Program-made: the position numbers and the translations under genes
Source: Promethearchaeota archaeon
GTDB lineage: Archaea > Asgardarchaeota > Lokiarchaeia > Sigyniarchaeales > SOKP01
DNA length: 64,000 nt
NCBI GenBank assembly: GCA_019058445.1
Contig: JAHPZA010000003.1
Coordinates: 250,810-314,809, forward strand
Direction: 5' to 3'
Notes under the pieces: model-generated
What the model saw: only the letters and a program-made list of their open reading frames with translations
Database searches by the model: none
What the model was told of the DNA's origin: nothing
Shown: in pieces, positions 1 to 8,400 of the stretch
Numbering within the stretch: the first letter of the stretch is position 1
Layout of the letters: each line of letters opens with the position of its first letter

Positions 1-2397
1 GGAATTCCAATTGTTGTTATTATCTTCCATGTATATCACATAGGGTTTGATACCCGCAGTCGTGGGGGTCCACGAATAATTTCGCCACATGTCCGTGCCG
101 GGTATATTGTCCATGGTATAATTCACTCCTCCGATTTCGATTAAGACCTGATTAATCCCTGAAGGATCAGTCACATTGATTGTTATGATCTCAGTATTTC
201 CCAATTCTAACGGATCTGCACTTTCACTCAAATCCGAATAGGTTGGAGGTGTATTATCTGCGATTTGCTGGAATTCTGCTCCAATAGAGTAAAAAGAGTT
301 AAGTTCATGTTGGTTATTGTATTCGGTGGCTATCCAATCAGCCGATCGACCAATATTAGAGATACGGGCTTCATCTATAATTCCTGTAAAATTATAGTCA
401 CTATCACCAAGACCATGTCTTCCAATCTCTAATGTATCTCCTAAGGCATAATTAAATGAAGTTGTATTGGTATTTGTTTCCTTATTAACTCCATCAATAA
501 ATAAAAACATACCAGATGCATTTTGACCAGCAACTACATAATGAAATTCATTATCAATGACATCTACGGTATCTGGTGCCATATTTAACCAAGTAGTTCC
601 GCTAATATATTTAAAAAAGCAAATTCTGCCATTTGGCCAAACTCTTATGGCATAATTATCTCCCCTAGTTACAATATCACCACTGTGAGAAATAGAATCA
701 TTTACTTTTATCCAAGCAGAAATAGTCAATTCGTCCTCGGGATCACAATTTGCCGGACTTGAAATAGTAATGTAATCATCATCTCCAGAACAATTTACTG
801 CTCCATCAATTTTTCCAGTTGCGTTAGTAGAGCCTCCTCCACCATCTTCGAAATTATAAGGTGTACCATCGTTATTGTTAGCAGTAGAATCTTCATGACT
901 TCCTGAAGTTCCATCGCTTGGCATCTCATCTAAATGCCATACAGCACCATAATTACTATCCCAAACTTCATATGGATTTTGTTGTGAATTCATAGTTGAA
1001 TTTCCATAATACATAGTGATATTAGTATCAGTAGAGGTGGATAACGAGGGGATTCGAACCCATGCCACTAATTGAGCATATGTACCATTATAATCTTGGT
1101 CAAATAATTCTATTTCGTGATCTAACCAAGTAGTACCATTGGTAAATGCAATATCATCGCCATCTGGTTGTACGTCATTCCGTAAGTCGGAATCAAAAAT
1201 AGAAATTAGCACAGGAAAATTAATAAGATCACTTGATCCAGAGACTTTAGTATGGTCAATTGTTATAACTTTATAACACATAAAGTCATTAAATGTAGGC
1301 ATATCTAGTTTTTCTTCAATACCAAGGGATAAGCTAGGTTCTGATGAAACTAATAATCTAATCTTAAGATCATCAAAATATGAGGTGGAATCTGAAGTAT
1401 AGGTCATTAATCCAATCTGTGCTGCACTTAGATGATCACTATCAGTAGCACTATTTTTTAATGTTCCATTTAAGTATACCTTATAGTCGGAACCTAAAGC
1501 ATCAATTCTTAAATCATACCATTGATCATCAACTAATAAACCTTCTCCACCAGATGTCTCATCAATTAGAGATGGAGAATCATCGGTCCATTTACCAATC
1601 GCACATTCATAGTCCCAAAATCCAATTCCAGCAGTATAAAAATTAGCTCCATTAGAATGTCGGAACATTACTCCTGCTCCAAAATTTCCCCCTGCATTTT
1701 TCACACGTACTTCTATCGATGCATTTTCAACAGTATACGAATTTAATAAACTTCTGCCATCAATTACGAATAAATTTTCTCGGTATTCATTGTTCACAAC
1801 GGACCATGTACCATTAACTACTGTCCAACCTTCAGCATCTCCATTTGATTGAGTAAAATCATCATAATAGTCATAAATGTTATTTTTATTAATTGAAGGG
1901 TTATTTGCTTCTTCTTTTCCATAATAAAGATAATAATTCGTATCAATTTTGCTAGAATCTATTGATGCTTGCGTTTTAAACCAAATTCGTGTATCTTGGG
2001 TATTAAAATTTGTTTCATTGATGCGATCCAATTCTATCCATTTATCTTTGGATGAGTCAAACCATACAATGCTAAGATCATTCCCATCAGTTCTTAATTT
2101 CCCAGAAGAAATTAAATTAGCAGTATCTACAGATATATTCACAGAATATCCTTTTGGAAGTGAATCTATATGATTATTAGTAATGTTTATTGGTTTTCGG
2201 AATTGATATGATTTTTTCCACCAGCTGTTAGATGATGATGAAGAGTGAATGATTGAAGTTGGTTCATCAATATCCTTATTGAATTCCTCATTACTCTCAT
2301 TAATTTTAATATTATTACTTTTAATAGAAAGTATTAGTATTAAACCGATTAAAAAAAAAAAAAGAAATAATCTACTCTCTTTTCTATTAATTCTCAA
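1..2397 (-). CDS. Secreted/surface DUF2341 + ConA/LamG-like + Ig-like repeat protein, copy 1 (3' end runs off the window)
   Basis: Absent from the ORF track because it has no stop in the window. Manual translation from TTG at 2397 (GAGG upstream): MRINRKESRLFLFFFLIGLILILSIK...WWKKSYQFRKPINITNN...CYKVITIDHTKVSGSSDLINFPV...MEDNNNNWNS. The frame is consistent at both ends and in the segments checked. Clear paralogue of 5428..10386. Confidence 0.88.
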   Translation of the reverse strand, partial: MRINRKESRLFLFFFLIGLILILSIKSNNIKINESNEEFNKDIDEPTSIIHSSSSSNSWWKKSYQFRKPINITNNHIDSLPKGYSVNISVDTANLISSGKLRTDGNDLSIVWFDSSKDKWIELDRINETNFNTQDTRIWFKTQASIDSSKIDTNYYLYYGKEEANNPSINKNNIYDYYDDFTQSNGDAEGWTVVNGTWSVVNNEYRENLFVIDGRSLLNSYTVENASIEVRVKNAGGNFGAGVMFRHSNGANFYTAGIGFWDYECAIGKWTDDSPSLIDETSGGEGLLVDDQWYDLRIDALGSDYKVYLNGTLKNSATDSDHLSAAQIGLMTYTSDSTSYFDDLKIRLLVSSEPSLSLGIEEKLDMPTFNDFMCYKVITIDHTKVSGSSDLINFPVLISIFDSDLRNDVQPDGDDIAFTNGTTWLDHEIELFDQDYNGTYAQLVAWVRIPSLSTSTDTNITMYYGNSTMNSQQNPYEVWDSNYGAVWHLDEMPSDGTSGSHEDSTANNNDGTPYNFEDGGGGSTNATGKIDGAVNCSGDDDYITISSPANCDPEDELTISAWIKVNDSISHSGDIVTRGDNYAIRVWPNGRICFFKYISGTTWLNMAPDTVDVIDNEFHYVVAGQNASGMFLFIDGVNKETNTNTTSFNYALGDTLEIGRHGLGDSDYNFTGIIDEARISNIGRSADWIATEYNNQHELNSFYSIGAEFQQIADNTPPTYSDLSESADPLELGNTEIITINVTDPSGINQVLIEIGGVNYTMDNIPGTDMWRNYSWTPTTAGIKPYVIYMEDNNNNWNS
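2351..2363. repeat. A13 homopolymer (T13 on coding strand) in the N-terminal hydrophobic segment of the surface protein gene
   Basis: taaaccgatt aaaaaaaaaa aaag; encodes LFFFL in frame. Confidence 0.9.
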
Positions 2398-2876
2398 CCC
2401 TAAAACCTCGTAAATTTTATTGGTTTTCTCTTTTATTTTACAAATTTGGAAAACTCTATTTAAATAAATAAAAAATTTTATTTATAAATGAATTAGTTTA
2501 GCCCAAAAAGTCATGTGAAAATAAAGATTATCTTTTAATCATTAATTTTTTTGAAAATATTAAAGATAAAAATTTAGCATTTGATTATTAAAACGAATTG
2601 AGTAAGGAAAAATTGAGAGAAAAGATCAACTGAATCCTTTTTATACATTTTTATAAAATCTTAATAATTCCAGAGAGAGAGTACTTAAGAGGAAACATAA
2701 TTCGAGACAAGGAACCAGAATAATATACCTTAAGGTGCTAGAGATTTATAACATTATATAAAGAATTAATATATTTTATCTATTGGCATCTGCTTATATT
2801 TAAATAATTAATATAACATTAGTAATATTAATGGAATCACAATTATTTCATAGTATCAATTAAATTTTTATCAGTT

Positions 2877-5345
2877 TTGACAGTAAATAAAAATCAGCTC
2901 CTTACTGAATTGTTTAATAATTTTTTAGAAATTGATAAACAGATAGAAGCAATCATAGTTTCCGATGAAGAAGGATTTGTTATTGCTGGGGAAAAAAGAA
3001 AAGATGTTGATATGGAATTGGTTTCTTTTTTAACCGCAGTTGTCAACCCAATCATAGAACGTATGCGGAATGAATTTTCTTTTAAAAGATTTGGCACAGC
3101 AAGTTTCGATACAGATAAAAATCGTTTACTTTTTATTTCTATAGATGAAATAACTACTTTAAGTGTTGTTTTAGAAAGTGTGGCTTCGATCGATAAATTA
3201 GCTCCATATACATATTTTCTTGCCGAAAAAATTGCACAAATTCTTAATGTCAATGAGGGTGATTTAATACAATTAAATATTCCTGATTTTGAATACGAAG
3301 TGGAATCTTATAAAAGTTCCAATAGATTGAAAAACCAAATATATCAGAGTAGATTAGATCACGGAGGTACCTATCGCTTTAAATTTATAATAATCGGTGA
3401 TCACGAAGTTGGGAAGACTTCAATAATTCGAAGGTTTGTAGAAAATAAATTCTTAGCAGATTATCGTACTACTATAGGTCTTAATATATTATCACATGAT
3501 TTTGAAGCTTTTGGAAATGATGTCAGTTTATTCCTTTGGGACATAGGCGCACAGGAATACTTCAAAAGATATAGAAAAACCTATTATGGAGGAGCTCAAG
3601 CAGCATTCATAGTATTTGACCTGACGGCTCGAGAAACATTTGATAATGTCATAAATTGGTATAATGAACTTATGGAATTTATTGAAAATAAGGAATTACC
3701 AATTATAATAGTGGGAAATAAAACTGATTTGTATGAACAAAGAATAATTACTTTTGAAGAGGGTGCGAATCTCGCGAGTGAATTATCTGAGGTATCTGAT
3801 TATTCAATTAAGTCGGGATTATCTGAATTCTCTGATCTATCAGATTTATCTGAAGAAATAAAAACAAAAATTCCATATATAGAAACAAGTGCTTTAACGG
3901 GAGATCATGTTATAGATGCTTTTAATTTAATATGTTATCATTTCATAATAAGAAGCAAGGAAATAGAAGAAGTAAGATTAGATAACGAGATAATAAGTGA
4001 AATCAATTCAATCTTAGACAATATCGGATCTTTAAATTTATCTTTCATAACTAAGGATTCATTATGGAGCCCTGGTTTACAAATTCTAACTGAAATAAAA
4101 CAATTGGGAGAATATTTAAAATATAAAGATACCAAGAAAGAAAAAATATACCAATATACAAACGGCTTAATCATAAAGAATTATCTGTACAACTCTTTTA
4201 AAATTTCTGACTCTGATGGAGTTTTATGTTTATTTGATGCGAGAGAGAAAGATCATATTGACCCAAAATGGAGGGAAATAGTAATTAAAATCTTAAATGA
4301 AATTGAAATTGATAGAGTTGTGTTTATTGGAATTAGGATATCTCAAAAGACGGATTGGTCACTACTGAAAGAAGAACTTGATGTACATAATCATGTAAAA
4401 GACAAAAGTTTATCGTATTCATTTTTTAAAATCGAGGATGATTACAGAATGCTTATACACGAGGAACTCGTAGTCATGCTAAATTTTATTAAACAACGTT
4501 TATTTACAATCAAATTAGAAGAAAAGGCTGTAAGCGCAGTTAAAGTTGAAGCTAATGAAGTAATAACAGAAAAGGAGGCAGAAATTAAATCACAGCACTT
4601 AAGAAGTTTTAAAATGAAAGAAGAATTTGAGAGCGATAGTAATACTGCCGAAATTAAGAATGAAGAATCACTACCAAATAATTCAATAAAAGAGCCTCAA
4701 ATTAAAGTAAGTGGAACTGATAGTCAAATTGAATACTTAAAGAATGAAATTATTAAATACGAAAAGAAAGGAAAGAAAGGTAAAAAATTAAAAGAATTGT
4801 TAAAAGATCTCGGCCGTGCCTATACTCTAAAAGGTGAATATGATAATGCAATAGACGTGTTAAAGAAATCATTAGAAATAGACTCGAAATTTGCAGTTGC
4901 TTGGAATATCTTAGGTGCCGATTATTTCGCTAAATGTGACTATAGTCAAGCGATCGATGCGTTCCTACATCTAGTAAAACTTGAACCAAATAACCATTCT
5001 GCATGGTATAATCTTGGTCGTGTCTACACCATAAGGAGTGAATATGACAATGCAATAAAAGCGTTAAGGAAAGCACTAGAAATCGATTCGAACTTTGCGA
5101 TCGCTTGGAATGTCATGGGTGCCGCTTATTATGGCAAAGGGATCTATAATAAAGCTATAAATTCGTTCCAGCAATTTTTAAAGCTTGAACCGAATGATCC
5201 TGCGGCTTGGTATAACTTAGCTGAATGCTTTTTTTCTACGGAATATTATAAAGATGCTCTTGATGCTTGTAATCGCAGTTTGGAAATTGAGATTAATTTT
5301 GAAGCGGCATTAAAGCTCCAGGAAAGAATATTAGATAATTTATAA
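2877..5345 (+). CDS. Roadblock/LC7 + Rab-like small GTPase + degenerate GTPase-like domain + 5 TPR fusion protein, copy 1
   Basis: N-terminal IEAIIVSDEEGFVIA roadblock signature; G1 GDHEVGKTS, G2 YRTTIG, G3 WDIGAQ, G4 NKTD, G5 ETSAL; C-terminal 34-aa TPR repeats (WYNLGRVY, WNVMGAAY). Confidence 0.9.
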   Translation: MTVNKNQLLTELFNNFLEIDKQIEAIIVSDEEGFVIAGEKRKDVDMELVSFLTAVVNPIIERMRNEFSFKRFGTASFDTDKNRLLFISIDEITTLSVVLESVASIDKLAPYTYFLAEKIAQILNVNEGDLIQLNIPDFEYEVESYKSSNRLKNQIYQSRLDHGGTYRFKFIIIGDHEVGKTSIIRRFVENKFLADYRTTIGLNILSHDFEAFGNDVSLFLWDIGAQEYFKRYRKTYYGGAQAAFIVFDLTARETFDNVINWYNELMEFIENKELPIIIVGNKTDLYEQRIITFEEGANLASELSEVSDYSIKSGLSEFSDLSDLSEEIKTKIPYIETSALTGDHVIDAFNLICYHFIIRSKEIEEVRLDNEIISEINSILDNIGSLNLSFITKDSLWSPGLQILTEIKQLGEYLKYKDTKKEKIYQYTNGLIIKNYLYNSFKISDSDGVLCLFDAREKDHIDPKWREIVIKILNEIEIDRVVFIGIRISQKTDWSLLKEELDVHNHVKDKSLSYSFFKIEDDYRMLIHEELVVMLNFIKQRLFTIKLEEKAVSAVKVEANEVITEKEAEIKSQHLRSFKMKEEFESDSNTAEIKNEESLPNNSIKEPQIKVSGTDSQIEYLKNEIIKYEKKGKKGKKLKELLKDLGRAYTLKGEYDNAIDVLKKSLEIDSKFAVAWNILGADYFAKCDYSQAIDAFLHLVKLEPNNHSAWYNLGRVYTIRSEYDNAIKALRKALEIDSNFAIAWNVMGAAYYGKGIYNKAINSFQQFLKLEPNDPAAWYNLAECFFSTEYYKDALDACNRSLEIEINFEAALKLQERILDNL

Positions 5346-5427
5346 AGATCTTGAATAAATTAAGAAATTATTATTTTAATAATAATAAAAAATTTAGAAA
5401 AAAATTTAATTAATTTTTATTTTAATC

Positions 5428-8400
5428 CTAATCAATTATACTTTCAATTGTTTCTAACTCTTTTTCTCTTGGTTCACCGCTTCTTTTTTTAATAAAAATG
5501 ATAATGCCAATTAGGGCTCCTACTGATCCTCCAATTATCACCAGAATCATCGGTAAAAAATCAGAATCTCCGCTGCTACTTGAACTTCCACCACCGCCAC
5601 CACCGCCACCGCCATCAGAGGGAGGAGGTGTAGCACTTATTACAAAAATTTGTTCGCTAACAGAGTTCCAATTATTATTGTAATCTTTCATGTATATGGT
5701 ATAAGTATGATAACCAGTAGTGGTGGGGGTCCAAGAATCGTTACACCACATATCAGTCCCAGCGATATTTCTCATGCTATAGTTGATACCTCCGATTTCA
5801 ATCAAGACTTGCTCGATCCCTGAAATATCTGTTATAAGTATTGTGATATTTTCTATATTCCCCAAAGTTAAAGGATCAGCACTTTCTTCTAGATCGGAAT
5901 ACTCCGGTTTTATTGTATCTTGAACTTGAATTATGCCACACGCAGTAGTGTTCCAATTATTTCCAATATCCCGTATGTGTATAGTATAATCATAATCACC
6001 TGTATCTAAAGGTGTCCAAGTATCATTTTGCCACTTGTTCGCGCTAATATTTACCATAGTGAAATTAATATTGATGGGTCCAAGTTCAATTTCAAAAATG
6101 ACTTCTAAAATACCCAAATCATCAAATACATCAATGGAAATAATTTCATTATTCCCTAACTCCAAAGGATTTTCATTAATTTGTAGATTTTCCCAAGTTG
6201 GAGGTGTTGTGTCAGAACTATCAATTACGCTAATTGAATCAGTAGTCAAATTCCAATTCCCATAAGTATCATTCATATATATGGTAAAGTAATATATTCC
6301 CGTCTCGGAAGGTGTCCATGTATCATTTTGCCAAGTATTTCCTCCAATATTGACCATTGTATAGTTTTTATTATCTATTTCAAATAGTACTTGCGATACA
6401 TCTGAGAGATCAGTGACATCAATCATAATAGTTTCTGTGCTATCTTTTTCAATTGTTTTAGTGTAGATTAGATTGAACCACATTGGACCTGTAGTATCCA
6501 CTACTTGAATTGAATCGCTAGTGGAATTCCAGTTATTATGTTTATCTTCAATATATATTGTAAAATTATGTTTTCCTGCAAAAGTCGGGGTCCAAGAATT
6601 ATTATGCCAAGTATTTCCACTCACATATTCCATGGAGTAATTAGTTAGTTCATTGATTTCAATTAAAACCTGGTTGATCCCGGACAGATCAGAAACATCA
6701 ATTGAAATGATCTCTGTATCTCCTAATTCTAAAAACTCTTCACTTTCTCCTAAATTAGACCAAGAAGGGGGAGTATTATCTTGTACGAAAATATCTCCAC
6801 TAGTAGAATTCCAATTATTATGGTTATCCTCCATATATATGGTATAATTATGTTTACCTGTAAATGCTGGTGTCCAAGAATTATTACACCAGGTATTTCC
6901 ACTCACATACTCCATGGTGTAATTATTTAATTCATTGATTTCAATTAAAATCTGGTTGATTCCGGACAGATCAAAAACATCAATTAATATGATCTCTGTA
7001 TCACCTAATTCTAATATATCTTCACTTTCAACTAAATTAGTCCAGGAAGGTGGTGTTGTATCAACCTTTTGAGTAGTTCCAAGAGAGTAAAAGTTATTGG
7101 GATCTTGTGTATTATTATATTTTGTAGCAATCCAACTGGATGAGCGAATAACATTTGAAATACGGATTTCATCTAATGTTCCATTCCATTCTTGCATTAT
7201 AGTTCCAGGACTCCTTCCAACACTAAGAATAGATGTTCCAGCGGAAGTAATTCCACTATAGGAATTGGAACTTTTTTCAACTCCATCAAGATAGAGCTTT
7301 AAATAACCATTAGTAGAATCAGCAACTGCAACAACATAATGCCATTGACCGTCTGTGATTAAACTTAAATCCATTGATACAGATTTTGTATTATCATCTA
7401 CAAAGAACAAGAAATTATTTTCATCTAACTTGCCTAGCCAATAATTTTGATTATCACTTGTACTTCCCCACTTTGCTAATACTATTTCAACATTAGTATC
7501 GGTATCATTAGTCTTAATCCAGCTCGATATTGTAATATCCGCATTAAGTTGCAAACTACTACTATGAGAAACATTAAAGTGCATTTCATTAGAATCAGAA
7601 CTTCCCTCAAATGAAAGACCCCCATCGATTTTTCCTTCTCCTTGATTTGAGGAATCTAAATTTCCTTGTGTTCCATCATTGTCATTTTCAGTGCTATCTT
7701 TAAATTGAGGGTCAGGATCTTCTGGATTTTCTTTTAAATGCCACACCCCTTTATAGTTGGTATCCCAGACTCCTGTAGGATTTTCTCGGGAATTCATATT
7801 AGTGATATTGCCAAAATACATTATAATATTTGTATCAATAGATGTGGAAAGAAAGGGAACTTTAACCCAAACAATCAATTTAGCTTCAGTATCACTATAA
7901 CTTTGGTTAAACTGTTCAATTTCATGATCTAACCATTTATTTCCTTGCGTAAAAGCAATATTATCTCCATCTGGTTGAGCATAATCATGTAAATCTTCAT
8001 CCAACATTGAGATTAATAATGGAAAGTTAATATGACATCCTGATCCGAATACTTTAGTATGATCGATTGTAATTACTTTATAATAGCGAAATTGATATAC
8101 ATTAGAGGGTTCATCATATATAGTTTTTTCTGTTCCAACATTATAGAAACTATTTGGATCATATTGATTGTTATATTCTGTAGCTATCCAATCCGCCGAA
8201 TGACCAATATTAGAGATACGGACTTCATCGATAATTCCTGAAAAATTATAGTTACCACTACCAGCACCATGTCTACTAATCTCTATGGTATCTCCTAAGA
8301 TATAATTAAATGAGGTAGTATTGGTATTTGTGCCTTTTCTAAAACCATCAACGAATAAAAACATACCAGATGCATTTTGACCTGCAACTATATAATGAAA

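Noticed and set aside
6490-7065. CRISPR-like or mobile-element interpretation of the direct repeats
   Set aside because: They are in-frame 282-bp protein-domain repeats without unique spacers, cas genes or a transposase.
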